Positions 12,141 through 25,784 of a stretch of 64,000 bases of DNA are shown one piece after another. Both the position numbers and the translations under genes were made by a program. The notes under the pieces are model-generated. The model ran no database searches. It was not told the DNA's origin and worked only from the letters and a program-made list of their open reading frames with translations. This DNA is from Felis catus (lineage: Eukaryota). Every line of letters starts with the position of its first letter. Positions within the stretch are counted from its first letter, which is position 1. Where the stretch lies: positions 178,314,001 to 178,378,000 of the forward strand of contig NC_058368.1 of NCBI RefSeq assembly GCF_018350175.1. The letters run 5' to 3'.

Positions 12141-14384
12141 CCCACTGAACACAAAGACGGAAGAATTTCTCAAACCAAGGAAGTGTTTTCAAGGCTAAAG
12201 TAGCCATCGTAATCCCAACCCTCAAAAGCTAAATGTCACTACATGCATCTTGTGTAACAACCCCCCTGCAATGTGCCACCCAGGCTTCTTGGGCCGCAGC
12301 CCTGGTGAGTCCAGCTTCTGACCCCGGTCTGGGCAGCAGGAGGGCAGGGAGGCCCAGGGGAACATTCCTTGGGCCCACAGAGTCAGGGACGGCAGCAGCA
12401 ACCCCTTCCCAGGCTTTCCCTTCCCTGTGTGAGTGTCCTGCCCCCGTCCTACCACAGTTAACTGGACGTGGGGCTGATAGAGCCTCCCTCCCAGCAGCGT
12501 CCACTCCTCCTTGGTGGGTTTCCAGGCTCATAGGCTGGGGAAGTGACACCTCCTCAGGGTGGTGTGAGAGCAAGTGGCATTCCCGAACCCCAGTTTCCCT
12601 ATTTCCTGAGTACAGGTGCTCAGACCTAGCTGACAGGTTATTCTAAAGATTAAAGGAAGTAAAGACTTTAATATGCTGAGCATAGCACCAGCACTCACAC
12701 AGTCCATTCTCCACAACAGCTTCAAGTGGCCACACCTCCCCTCAGTTTCAAACTTTCCAGGGACACCCAAACTCCTTCCCATGCACTGCAAGACCCTGCA
12801 GGCCTAGGCCAGCCTCCACTCTGACCTTACCCCATGCCACTTACCCCAGCACGCACTACACTTGGGGCCTCTTGTTCTGTTCCATCCAGAGAGGCGGTTC
12901 CCATGGTGGGGAGGGGTGGGGGGACTTTGCCTCACCCTCCAAGGTCTGTCTGCATGGTCTGGATGCTTGCAGCCTGGCTGTGGCTCCGGGGCTCCAGGCG
13001 GCCTCCTAGCAGTGCGGCCCAGTTCCCCTCCCACCTCGGCTCCTGCGCAGTAGGTATTTCGAATGCTTTGCCCTCCCTGAAATCACTGTGACAGAAGGCG
13101 GAACGAGACCTCCTGCTGTCCAGGATTCTGGCGAAAGCTTAAAATCCGGGACAATGGCTGGGAAGCAGCTCTGTATACATAAATAGAACTGAGCTTGTTG
13201 GATGCACGTTAGACTTGCTGAGAGAAAGTGGGATGGGTTTTGTGACCATCTCCCTCCCAGATATACAAGCAAAGGCCAGGCATTCCCAAGCGGATAGAAG
13301 GAGCTTTGCAGTGGTAGAGAGTGCTTTGGACTTTCTCCTTCCCCTCCAGGCAGGGGTGCTCCCCAGGCCACAGCTCAGTAGTGGGCAGCGAGGAGAGCCC
13401 CTCCCAGAGATGAGAGTGTTCATGTGAAGGGGAGCCCTGAGTTGGACATACAGGCCTGAAGCGTGGTGACAGAGCCCGTGAGAGAGCTTCCGGTGTCCCT
13501 GGGGACTGGGGTGTCTGCGGACATAGAGCCTGGAGGCTGAACCCCCGCTGGAGAATTCAGGAGGCTGGGACACATGGAAGCAGCCTAAAGAGAGAGGCCA
13601 GCTGGGCGGGCTGCATGCCTGCCATCTGGTAAGGCAAGGTTAGGAGCTCCCTGTGGCCAGGGGCACTCTGAGGAAGGTAGGCAGGCTGGAAGGGTCTGTG
13701 TGAGACACCCTCCCCACCCTGCCCAGGCAGCTGCTGCCAGGCGAGAGGGGCCAAGCAGGGGCGAGGGGGGCCAGAAGTGGGGGGGCATGGGGAGCTGACA
13801 GGGGCATCTATCCACAAAAGCCCGGCAAAGAGCCCTCCACCCAGGAGCCCAATGCTTGCAGCGCACCGGGTCACAGAGTGTCGCAGACAGCCCGTGTTGG
13901 CCCAGAGAAAGTCGCCAACAGCCCCAGCCAAGTCCGAAGACCTTTCCTGGTCTCTCTTTGCCAGGCGTCCTCCTGCCAGGGCCACAAGCAGGAAGGCAAG
14001 GAAGCAGAGGGAATTGTGGAAGCTCCTTTCCAGGTCTGAGTCTGTGGCCCTATCTTGCTCCTCCCAGCTTCCTGCCATTGGTTTCCTGTGTATCCAGGAG
14101 ATGGACACCTGTCCTACAGCAGAGTCCCTCAGCTAGGGACGGAAGCACAAGGTCCCAGGAAGCAGGGTGTACAGGCTGTTGGCCAAGAGGATTCCTGGGT
14201 CCATGAGGAGAATCCCTGTACTGCTCTCAGTTTCAGACCACTTAAGAAAGAGCAGAAACCATTCCCTGGAAAGCCAATTAATGTGGGTGAATCTGCATAT
14301 CTAAATAGGTTTATGAAAATTGCGACAAGCTCCCTGTAGACTCGGGGGTGGGTTCAGGCATGGTGAGTACGTGAAGGTTTTTTA

Positions 14385-14800
14385 TTAGTTAGGATGCTTC
14401 TTGTTTTATTTCTCCCCAAATTTAACTTTATCTGGTTTAAGTAATAGAGGGCATTCACTAGCTCCTGGATCTAAGGTGTCCAAATACAGATTTCAGGTAT
14501 GGTTCGATCAGCCCTCAGCATCATTTTCTGTAATGCTTGCTTCATCCTCATGTTAGTTCTATTAGGGACTCATGGCGAGTCCCTCCAAGGTAGTAAAAAG
14601 GCTGTAATAGCCCCAGCCCTCATTTTTGCACTAAACTCCTTCCAGAGAATGCTTCTGTCTTCCTAATCAACAAACTAGATTTCTGAGCTCAAATCTTATT
14701 GAAACAGTTAGGTCTTGGACCTTCCCTACACCAGTGGTTAAGGCCAAGGGAACCAATGGGATTAAACTGCCGGGTGCACACCCATCGGAGCCCCCTTCCA
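14385..14800 (-). mobile_element. Old MaLR LTR (MLT1J/K-like)
   Basis: ttagttaggatgctt...tggtttaagtaatagagg...ttcaggtatggttcgatcag...gcttcatcctca...ccagtggttaaggccaaggg. Confidence 0.55.
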
Positions 14801-15984
14801 GAGCTGGAGGTGGGGTGATGTCATCCCAGCTGGGACAGTACAAGGCAAGGGCGGATGGATGTTGAGAAGACACCCCAATGTCCACCATAAAGTGCTCCTG
14901 GGGGAAAGAACATGGAACGATGTTCTTTGGGCATGTGCTACGAACCAAGCCCTATGTTCGTTTTTACAACACACTGCACGGTATGTGTTTTTATTTCCGT
15001 TTTTGAAATGAGTAAACTGAGACTCAGAGGTTTGTAGTTCGTAACACTCTTGAGGTTAGCAAGGGGTAGGCTCTGGGTCAGGGCCTTGGGTCACTTGCCC
15101 CGGCTCCTGCCATCTGCTGAGGGGGTTCCGGCTCTGTTGCTTCCCTACCTCCATCTCCTTCTTTAGACCTTTCACCCTTCCTCCCATCTGGAGGTCTGTG
15201 ATGGGGGATGCCGGCACGGTTAGGTCTGAAGATCCCTAGCTCAGAATCCAGTGTTAACTGTGGCAGGAACTTGCAGAATCCTCTAGTTTTCCCTAGCACC
15301 ATGAACTATCATTCCCGTTACAGGCTGTTAGGTAAAGGCACAGAGAGGGCAAGAGGTTTTATTAAGGTCACACAGCAACTAATTAAGGGGCAAGAACAGC
15401 AAAAGCCAGAAGGCCTGAGTTCTGATCATGACTTCTCTCAACTGCTTTCGGTTGTCTCTGGTGTTTGGGGCTGACACAGCACAGGAACCTAGTGTTTCTG
15501 TCCTGGATGCTGATGGACACTGCCAGTACCTTCAGTCCAGCTTCACACATGGGAATCACTTTGTCCAAGTCCGTGTCACCCTGGGTCTGACTGTGAGCTT
15601 CTCAGGGCCTGCCAAGAACTCTGATCCAACAGACCTCCCGGTGTGCCTCCTGCCCAGTCTCCCAGCAAGGCTCTGTTTGGGTCCATTAGGCCCTGACCCC
15701 TCAATGACTGCCCTGCAAGAGGCAGGGCTCACTCTTCCTGGGTTACAGATGAGTAAGCCAAGGCTCAGAGAGTTCAATCACTTGCCCTGAGTCATGAGGC
15801 AGGCTACAAACTTGGATCACACACTGGGGCCTGACTCTGCCAACTTTGGCTGAGGCACTGGGGAAGGGTTTAACGAGGAGGTGGCATTACATCTGTTGGG
15901 AAGGGAGAGGAGAACGTTAACCAGTCAAAGGGTCCTCTTCTCATTGGTACGGCGCTTTTCAGATTAGATCTCTTGCCCAGAGAG

Positions 15985-16120
15985 TCACTCACTCATTCAA
16001 TCATCCATCCCTTCAGTAACTATTTATTGAGTGTCTACTATGTACCAGGCACCATTCAGGTTCTAAGGCTACAGTGATGGACAAGACAGGGTCTCTGTCC
16101 TTAAGAAGTTTCTGGTTAGG
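15985..16120 (-). mobile_element. L2 3' end
   Basis: cactcattcaatcatccatcccttcagtaactatttattgagtgtctactatgtaccaggcac...gacaagacagggtctctgtcctt. Confidence 0.7.
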
Positions 16121-17272
16121 TGATGTTTCCACAACAGTGTGAGGCAGCCCAGATGTCAAATTGTCATCCCCATTTGACAGCCTAGGAAATTGAGGCTTAG
16201 TCAAATGATGTGACTGGTCTAAGGTCACACACATAAATGGAGTACCATTACTAGGATTTGAATTTCAGTTCTCCAGTCCCTTCAGTTACACTGCCCTGAC
16301 CACCAATGAGATGGCAAAGGAGAAAATGTCAGTTTTCTTTTTCTTCTTCCCTCCCTCTCCTTCCTTTCCTTTCCTTTCCTTCCTTCCTTCCTTTTTTGGC
16401 ATAAAAATATAGAGAAGATTGTGTATCTTTACTAGGCTCTATGTGGAGAGTTGCAGCCACAGGGGACACTCCCTAGGCCTGGGGACCCTCCCTGAAGGTT
16501 CCAGAACTTTGCAACCAAGGTCCTTGTAGGGAAACCGTTAACACACATGTAAGTCATTGCAGCCAACCCAGGGTTTTTAATCAGGCAGCATTTAAACTGT
16601 CCCATTTTGTCTGTGATTGCGCCGGATGTTTACATCATTTGTAATGAGACAAATTGGGACAAATTGCCAAGGACACTTATGTAAATGAAACCAACAGAAA
16701 TGTTCCCATCTCCAGTGGTCCGTTGGAGGCCTTCTTTCACTCTCTCTTTCCTTTCTCCCCAGGGATGTTTAGGGGGAAAAACTGGTGCTTTATATTCTGA
16801 AAACCTTCTCCCTGGGCAAACAGAACATTCCCTATAGGACAACTGCTTCACATCTCTGGTTGTAATTCTCTCCTTCGTCTTATTTACTTTCTCCTCCACC
16901 TCAAAGGAAAAGTAAGCGCACAATAAATGCGATTGCTTTAACTTGCTCGTCTTTGTCTTTCCTGCACAGAGGGTGGGTAAGACCTGCATTTCCTGGAGTC
17001 TGTCTGCAGAACCTTTGGCGGGCCATAAAAAAAAGATGGGTGATTCCATTGAGCTTAGGGAACAGGGCTACTGAAATTAACCCAGTCTTTCCCGCAGGAG
17101 AGCCTTTGCTGTGCATGAGCAATGGGACTTTCCAAGAGCGGATGTGGTTTATAGGATCCAGAGTTACCTTTGTTGGAGACCTCTTATGGAATTGGTCATG
17201 AGCAAAACCAGCTTTGGAAAAAGTCAAGGGACATTAAAACATAGAGAAGGCATGCTAAAACGCGTCATCTCC

Positions 17273-17475
17273 GGGCACGTGGGTGGCTCAAGTCGGTTGA
17301 GTGTCTGACTCTAGATTTCGGCTCAGGTCATGATCTCATGGTTCCTGAGATCCTTTTTGACAATGCAGAGTCTGTTTGGGGTTCCCTCTCTCTCCCTCTC
17401 CCTCTGCCCCTCCCCTGCATGTGCTCGCTCTCTTTCTGTCTCTCAAAATAAATAAATAAACCAAAAAAAAAAAAA
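17273..17475 (+). mobile_element. Can-SINE with internal deletion
   Basis: gggcacgtgggtggctcaagtcggttgagtgtctgactctagatttcggctcaggtcatgatctc..., CT linker, aataaataaataaa, poly(A); the gagcccc..tcgggctc segment is missing; no clear TSD. Confidence 0.9.
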
Positions 17476-17809
17476 TGAAAGAACAGTTATAAGCACTAGG
17501 TGCTTCCACACGTGTTCTCCAATTCTCAAAACTACGTTTTGCAACTCAAAATATCATCGTCACTTTTTGGGGAGGCTTGGTGGGAAAAGGGTCCCATAGT
17601 CAGCCATTGGTGGAGCCAGGATATGAATCTGAATTTGCAGATTTCTGCTACTCCAAAGGCTGAAATTATATTTCTTCAAAGGCTGCTGCCACTACTAAAG
17701 TAACCTGCTCCCACACATCCCCATTCTGCCTCTTCTGAGGTGACACAGCTCTCTGAGCTTTCTGGCGGAGAGATAGTAGAACCACCACCAAAATGAAATA
17801 AAGAATAGA

Positions 17810-17995
17810 CACTGTTTATTGAGCGCTTACTATGTGCCAGACAGGACTTAACCTGCATCAATTCAATTAATCCTCACAGCACCCATACGAGGTAAGTATT
17901 ATTATCACCCCACTTGACAGGTAAGGAAACCAAGGCAGTTCAAGTAGCTCAAGGCCCCAGCAGCACATGGTGAGATCTGGATTCAAGTGCCAGAC
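17810..17995 (-). mobile_element. MIR SINE
   Basis: tttattgagcgcttactatgtgccag...ttaatcctcacagcacccatacgaggtaagtattattatcacccc. Confidence 0.8.
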
Positions 17996-20154
17996 TCAGC
18001 TGGCATTCCTCTGATCCCACGGCTGTGTAGGGTGCCAGGCGGTAGAGAATTCGTTTTGCCCTTCCTGCAACTTTAATCTGGGGGAAAACCTCACACTGCT
18101 GGGATTCTGTCTGCAAGAAACGAGCAAGATCATGATTGTAATGGGGATTTTTTTTTTTTTTAGGACAGACAATTAATCAGGAGTATTAATGAAAATGCCA
18201 ACTCTATTATTGCAGAAACTTAAGTAATTTATTGGGAATTGAACTCAGGCCATTAAAATGTTATTATGGGCTTGTCAGTCGGTGCTGGCGTGCTTCTGTT
18301 ACGGAACCACTGCCTTAATGAAATTGTTCGGTGTTCCTGATTGAGAGCTGATGATGTCTGGGTGTGCTGTACCGGGGGGGGGGGAAGGTGGTGACTTCCC
18401 ACAAATGTATGTGGTGCTGGATCTCCAGGCTGGGGCAAAACAGCCACCACGTTCTATCTTGCTTTAACCACCTGTGAGGCTCCTACTCTGCACCAGGCAC
18501 TGACAAGGGGAAGTACACAATGTAGACACAGGCCCGTCCCTCAAGGAGCTTGTAAACGTATGTGGGAAATCCATGCACAAAGATGGTGGCACGAATGTCA
18601 GGAAAACAGCAAATGCAGCGATGTGAGGAAACTCAGTTCTGGCTCACGGTGGATGGGAGGCTTCCTGTAAGAGACGTCTCCATGCAAAACACGTTTCTGT
18701 CCTGCTGAGTTGTTTTTCTCCCCTAAAATCCGATGGGACTGATTACAAAAATTTGTCATATGAAGGCTCTAGTGCACAGCACACACCTCAGTGGGGATAA
18801 CAGCATCTCCACGGGGGTGAAAATTGGTTCTTCCCAGGGATGCGGGTGTGTGTGAAAAAAAAAATCTTACTCTTACTATGTTTAAAGCACAGCTATCCAT
18901 GTAGTACATAAACAGGAATAGAGTATATTTCTGGTATCAAAATTGCATTAGTGATCACCACTAATTTGGTGAAAGGGCAGGTTAGAAAAAGAGACAAGCC
19001 TCAGCAGAGGAAGGGAGATTGAAGCTGGCATTTTAGGGCAAAGCAGGTGTTTGCCAGGTGGAGACAGGTGATTTGAGGACAAAGAGATCTGACACGATAG
19101 TCACTGAAATGTGAGAGGTGGACACGGCTCTGGGTCGGGGGTCTTTAGCAGGAGACAGTCATGATCAGCTGTGAATTCTAGAAAAACCTCTTTGCTGGGT
19201 GAAGAGTGGATGGTTCCAGAACTCAGTCCAGGACCTGAAGGGGCTGTTGCAACAATCCAGGGAGAGGCAGAAAGACTTAGGGGGAGGAACCAGCAGAGCC
19301 CACGAACTGATTAGCCCTTGGGGGTAGATGGGGAGTCAGCCCTAGGTTTCTGGCACACCCAAAAAGAGCAGAGCAGGACACAGAGCCATTGTCTGAAAGA
19401 GGGTAGACCATGGGTCAAACTGAGTTCCCTGAATTATGCTGGCCACATTCGCTAAAAGCTGAACCTAACCTCGTTAGTCCGGGGCAGGACCATCAGTCTG
19501 TTCTCCTGCCGCCCTGACAACGACACTCCACACCATTAAATGAATTTGCTCCTTCTCCCTAGACTCAGGAAAATGGGAGCAATCTCTGGGGAGGGCTGTC
19601 TGATCCCTGACCTCCGGTTCACCCCAAGGAAGCAGTGCCTTTTCAGTTCTGCAGGCAGAGGGCCTGTTTGCTGTCATTTGCTGTCACTGAGGTTCCCAGG
19701 CTGTGTGAACCTCCTCTCCAGTCACCCCCGTTAGTCTCAGAAGGGGGGAGCGAGTGCTTCTTCCTCCTGATGGCTTAGTTCGCTAATTGCGCTTAATTCC
19801 TCCGCACTGTGCCCAGCAGGGACCGGCTGTGAGCTGCCAGCATTCTGGGAAGCTGGCTGGCCCAGGCCCTTGGAAGCCAGGCCTGTGGCTGGGCAGGAGA
19901 TCTGGGAGAGGCAAGTGGGGGGCAGCGGCTCAGAGCGGGAGTGTGCTTTCTGCCAGGTGTTTTCTGGAGCTGATGCCTGCCTTTGGCCTCCTGCCCCTTC
20001 TGAGTGGTAACTGGGCGTCTGTATGTCCAGTTCCCCGTGGACCATAAGCTCGCTGAGGACAGGGATTCTGCCGTGGACATCTTTGTCTTCAGGATCTGTC
20101 CAAACCTGCCACAGGGTGAACAGCCAGTAAATGTCTGTGCATAAATCAAGGGGT

Positions 20155-20278
20155 TTATTCACTAGAATGTAAGCTCCATGCGGGCAGAGATTTGTGCCTA
20201 TTGTGTGCTGCTGCCTCTTAGCACCCAGTGCAGTGCCAGGCAAGTATTTAATAAATACACATGGAGTAAGTGAATGAG
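20155..20278 (+). mobile_element. L2 3' end
   Basis: cactagaatgtaagctccatgcgggcagagatttgtg...cagtgccaggcaagta..aataaata...gaatga. Confidence 0.7.
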
Positions 20279-21908
20279 CACATCCTCCCTCTCAACCACC
20301 CTGCAAGGTGGATGTGGCAGATCGCATCGTTTATCGTAATGTTTCACTCCCTCCCTTTCCAGCCCCACTGACTCGGGGTTTGGCTCTGTGACTTGCTTTG
20401 ACCAATACAGTGACTGGGAACTCCAGCCTGACTCCAAAGTCCCTGCCTTTCCTGTGTGAGCTAGGTCAGGAAGGGTTTACATTGGGAGTGGGGCAGGGTG
20501 GGCTTTGGAGGTGGGTGTGCTGGCTTCCTGGAAGGTAGCCGTGGTCGTGGACTCTAGGAAAGAAGGGAGGCTGCACAGATACATGTCTCTGTGGCCCTGA
20601 CCCCGAGTGGGTTTGGTACCTCCCCACAAGGGCTATATGGATGGTTCCACATCATCTGACCTTTTCTTGCTCTGAGCAACTGGCCCTAACTCTCTGCCCT
20701 TGGACTCTTGCTACACTCTTTCGTGGCCTGGTTTTCATGGGAATTAACTTCACTTTTCAGAGATGCTGTGCGGTATGGGGTAGAGAACTGAGCACCAGGT
20801 GTGGACAGCTGGAGTACTGGATCCGCTGAGGTCTCTCTAGGGACCCCAGACAAGCAAAGCCCCTCTCAGCACCTGGGCTTTCACAACTGTGAACCAGGGG
20901 TTTGAACCACATGAGCTCAGATGCCTGGTCCTGCTCGGATGCTGAAAGCTGCCTTCCTTCCCCACGTGCACTGGGGCTGAGAGCCATCTCTCCTCGAATC
21001 CAGGGAGCCTGAGAGAGCAAGTCTGAGATCCTCAGGAAACAAGTGGTAAATCAGAGTCAAACTGCTAAGCCAGAGACCTGGAATCAAGTCCTACTTTTGG
21101 GGCTTCTTCCCTGTGTGACTTTTGAAAAGTCAGCTCATTTGGGGGACCTCAGTTTCCTGGTGCAGAATATGGGCAATCATAGCTAGAGTGCAGAGTTGTT
21201 GAAGAGGCAAAACGAGATGATTTATGTGAAAGAACCCGGCCCATACTAGGAGCTCATGAAGTTTGAAATAGGCATCTCTAGAATAGTCCTCCATGGAGAA
21301 TGGGGGGCATCCCACTGTTGATGGTGGCAGGAGACACGGATACAGGCTGGCGGCTTGCATGATTCACTGGGCCATCATTGGGCCACTTGTTAAGTATATT
21401 AGCGGCCATTTAAACATACTGCCCATCAGCCCACTGAATTTTTAGAACAACTCCACACAATAGGTAGAATATTCTCTCATTTTCTACATGAAGAAACTGA
21501 AGCACAGGGAGGGAGGGAATTTTGGAAACCGGCCAAAGCCACTCAGTTAATGAAAGGCGTAGCTGGGATTCAAATCTGGGTCAGCCTGGCTCCGAAGTCC
21601 TGGCTTCTACCAGCTATGCAAGGATGCTCGCCGGGCTTCTCAGTCTCAGGGCTGTGCAGGAGCATGAAGCCAGGCCATCGTACTGTGTGTCCAGAGACAC
21701 TTCTTGGGCCCTCTGGAGCTGCTTTCACTGAACTGTGCCTTCCTAAGTCTCCATTGGGTCGACACTGAGGGGAAACTTAAGGAACCAGCCCTTGCACGTT
21801 CACGATGGTGTTTACAATAGGGATTTGGTTAGAATAATCGCAAAGGGCTTGCAAGAAATCTTTCCTAGACATCCACGTCAGGAAATAGTGTGTTCTCATT
21901 CTAAGGAA

Positions 21909-22080
21909 AGTGGTTCACAGATTGGAATGGGTTATCACCATCACCTGGAGAGCTTGTTAAAACACAGATGGCTGGACCTCACCTCCAATTCTGGGCTGGA
22001 TCATGAGAATTTGTACATCTCACAAGTGCTCAGGCGATGCTGAGGCTACCGGCCTCGGGACCATATGTTGAGAACCACTC
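21909..22080. mobile_element. MER5A-like hAT-Charlie DNA transposon
   Basis: agtggttc...atcacctggagagcttgttaaaacacagatggctgg...gagaatttgtacatctcacaag...gatgctgaggct...ttgagaaccact. Confidence 0.8.
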
Positions 22081-22369
22081 CTGTGGAGATTTGCATAACA
22101 GACCTTGCTTCCTTCTTTGCAGGGGCAGCAAGGAAGCTCGCAGCCAAGTGGCCAAGTCAGGAGCCACTCCAGGAGCGTTTTCCATTCTAACTTTATGCCC
22201 GGCTTCCCTTTATTTTTCCTATTTGCATTTGCCCATTTGTCACAATTTCCTCCCTCACAAAAAAAGAGCAAACCTGCACTTAAAAAAATTTTGTTGAACT
22301 GTATGTCTGTACACATCACCAAAAACCTTGTGCAATGCAAGAAAAAATAGGCTATCGAAAGTTTCAGTG

Positions 22370-22560
22370 AAGGGGCTAAGAGTTTAGATTGCAGCGTTAG
22401 GCTGACAAGGGATTCAAATTCAACCCTTTTACGCATCAGTTTCCTCATCTGTAAAATAATAACTTCTGCCTCATAAGCCCTTTGCAGAGACTGCATGCGG
22501 TAACACACGCAGCGAAGTGCTTAGCACGGTGCCTGACATAGCTCGATAAATGGAAGTGAT
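22370..22560 (+). mobile_element. MIR SINE
   Basis: gggattcaaatt...tcagtttcctcatctgtaaaata...gtgcttagcacggtgcctgacatag. Confidence 0.7.
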
Positions 22561-23822
22561 TATTATAATTATGATCAGGGAAAAAAATAGCCTCGTGGCT
22601 GTCATTGATCTCTGTTGACTCTCCCATGTGACTGGAAGGAAGAAAGGAAGCGCTTTCTCATTGTGTGCGATAAGACGTCCCCGTGGGGAAACAGCTTTCT
22701 CTTTTCTGGTCTTTGCTGTCCACGGTTCTGCAGGAGACACCGTGAACAACACACACCGCGGTGACCAGCTTCTCCTGCCCAGAGCAAGACGCTGTGGGGA
22801 GCACTGGGAGACCCCATTATACTGCTACCACACTGGGAGGAAGCAGACATCTCCCTGTGGGAAAGTGATGAAAGGTAATGATGAAAGCACAGAACCCAGG
22901 CCGACAGAGCCCTGACTCCGAGCCAGAGCAGCTTCCCTGCCTCCACCCAGGAATGTGCTTCCGACGAGGGCCTTAATCCTGGGTTTTAAACTTTTCCTCC
23001 AGCAGAGAAGCCTTTCCTCCTGCAGAAGGAGCCATATGGCCTTGTGGCTGTCATTTCCCTGAACAAAGTGAGGTCGCCGAATTTCACCTTCATGCTAATT
23101 TCATTATGAGTCTGTCAGGTAGACAGAGTTCTCCCCCTTTTATGGGTGAGTAAACGGAGGCTCGGAGAAGCAGAGGTCACACACGATGCCATCTGACTTT
23201 AGCAACCATCTTCACGCGACTATAATGTGTAATCCAACAAATCTGCTGCCTTTGGATTCAGAGCTCGTCCAGCTGGATGCATGCCCCTTCCCCTTCACCA
23301 CACTTTATTCTTCTCTCGGGTTTGCTTATCAACAACAATGATGGCTGGATGAAAGGGGTCTTACCTGGAATGAGGTTAGCTGTGTCCTCATTCTCAGGAG
23401 AGTCTGGGTCCTGAGCAACAGCTGTGGGAGGCTGGGGAAGGGGGCAGGATATGGGGTGTGTGTCAGACAGAACTCTGTATAGGTTTGGGCCCCACTCTTT
23501 CCCTGTCCCTCCCTCTGCTAGCCATAGCATAGGCCGTCAGGTGCAAACCTTCCAGATAGCATCCAGGTGACCCAGACAGGCCCTAACTCAAAGGACGTGA
23601 CCATGGAAGACCTAGTGGAACAACAGGTGGGAACCACGTGCTGAATTGTAGTGGCGAGAGCACTGGACCTGGGCTCAGAAAACCCAGTTCTAGCCCTAGT
23701 GCTCCCGTTTGCTAAAGGTAGTGTGATCCTGTGTATGACCTGAGTGTGAAGCAGCCACTCCAGACAGCCCAGTTTCCAGCTTCACACCCATCTTGAGGCC
23801 ATATCCTTCATTCCATCCTTCT

Positions 23823-24310
23823 TACAACAGGCTGAATAATGGCCCCCAAGATGTCCTTATCATAATCCCTTAAAGCTGTGGATGTTCCCTGATACAGCAA
23901 AGACTTTGCAAATGCAACAAAAATAAGGGTATTGAGATGGGACACCACCGAGGATTATCCAGGAGGGCCCTAAATGAAATCCATGTGTCTTTATAGGAGG
24001 AAGTCAGAGAGAGGTTTGACACATTCAGAAGAGGAGGAGGCAATGTGGCCAAGGAGGCACTCGTTGGAGGGATGCGGCCACAAGCCAAGGAAGAGTGATC
24101 GCCACCAGAAGCTGGGACCGGCAAGGAACAGATCTCCCCTATAGCCGTTGGAGGGCATGAGGCCATGACAACACTTTGATTTCTTGATTTCAGCCCAGAT
24201 ATACTGATTTCAGATTTCTGACCTCCAGAATGGTGAGAGAATTCCTTTCTGTTTCTTGCAGCCCATCTACTTTGTGGCTATTTATTATAGCAGCCACAGG
24301 AAACATATAC
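23823..24310 (+). mobile_element. MaLR solo LTR, MLT1C-like, near full length
   Basis: aggctgaataatggcccccaagatgtcc...gactttgcaaatg...ttgagatggg...gattatccaggagggccctaaatg...cacaagccaaggaa...ccaccagaagctgg...ttctgacctccagaa...tagcagccacaggaaacatatac. Confidence 0.85.
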
Positions 24311-25784
24311 TCCCCCCACACAGATTCAATTCTAAAAGCACTGGCAAATCAGGAGGATTTTACTGAGTTTTATGGGGAGTGCGAAAAATAATTCACATCG
24401 AATCTGACAGAGCTGGAAATTAACCAGACCCTGCATTAGAGATCTCTGTCCTAATCACTCAGCTATGACCTTCACCTTGTCTCTATACAACCCTTCTGTG
24501 ACCCTGGAGTGTCCTGGACGGTTCATCTACTGCCATCTTCAGGCAAACAAAAGGGACCTCCTTGAAACAGAGCACTCAGGAGGTGGGGATTGACTGCACG
24601 AAAGAAGACACTGCATATTTTTGGCCATGAGTGAAACGAACACGGACTTTAGAGGCAGACAGATCCAGAGTCGTCCTCCAGGCTCTGTCCTTCACTGCTG
24701 GGTGCCTCATGACCTCGTCCGCTAAGTGGGGGTTGGGATACCTACCTCTTAGGGTCATTGCAAAAACAGGAGAGGGCCCTAGCCCTGGGTTTGGTATATA
24801 TTCATCACTCAGTAAATGATTGTTTATATTAGATAGTGATGTTTAGGTTAAATGAGCACTTGCTGTGCATCAGGCATTATTCTAAGCATTTTGCAAGGAT
24901 TCACTCATTCATTCTTCACCTCTGCTCTATGAATTAGGAGTTGTCGCCACGATTCCACTTCATCCATGAGAAAATGGAGCCACAGGAGGCTAAAGACAGG
25001 AATTGAAAGTGACTATGGCTCATAAGTGGATCCAAACCACGGCGGTTCAACTACACGGCCATACCCTTTGCCTTTCAGGACTCGGAGGAGAGCCAGATGG
25101 GGTCGTCCTGTTGAGAACGCAAGCCAGGAATCGACCGTGTCTGGGCACGCGGCTGAACCGGGCGTGGTCCCTCCATGGGCCTCGGCAAGGGGACCCGAAG
25201 CATTTCCTCTAACAGAACACACCCCAGGGGAAGGGAGCATGTAGGAGGAGCAGGGCAGCGAGAGGGAAGCATTGTGGCATCTGGCCCCAGCCAAGGGCAC
25301 TGCCTCGTGGGAGGGAGCCATTTCTCGGACAAAGCAGTGCTTCAGGGGAGAGGAACGAGAGCAGCAGGAGAAAGAAACAGCTGATGCCGCGTTCGTAGCT
25401 GACGTGGAAATACAAGCCGGGGGCATTTAAATTATGATTGTGGCTATGGCCCCACTGACACAGGCTGGTGAGGCAACGGTTATGAATTTTAATAAGGGTT
25501 GTTCTAAGGACTAAATGAGGTCGTGCACGTGTACTAGATGTGTCACATGGCCTGCCATGCCCGGTCCCCAAACTGCCAAACCCACAGGAAAGGAGTCCGA
25601 GATGGCCAAATTCAGGCCATGGGACTCCAGGCCCCTCCCACCCTCCTGTTCCTCAGCAAACTGACTGGCGAGCAAACATGGTCAGCATTTCACAGGCTGT
25701 GGACAGAGACTGGTGCCCGCTGAGGTTAAAAAAAAAAATGTGCTGCACACACATGAGGGCGCCTGTAATTTTTTACAACGGAGG

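Noticed and set aside
13557..14206. Overlapping 93-183 aa ORFs on both strands
   Set aside because: Open frames on both strands reflect GC-driven stop-codon scarcity; no recognisable protein.
18780..18960. Possible hAT-Charlie (MER-type) fragment
   Set aside because: Resembles a DNA transposon remnant, but I could not assign a family or termini with confidence.
25000..25450. CpG-island promoter
   Set aside because: CpG enrichment is modest by eye, lacks a GC-box cluster and extends into an old L1, so substitution bias is a better explanation; not computed.
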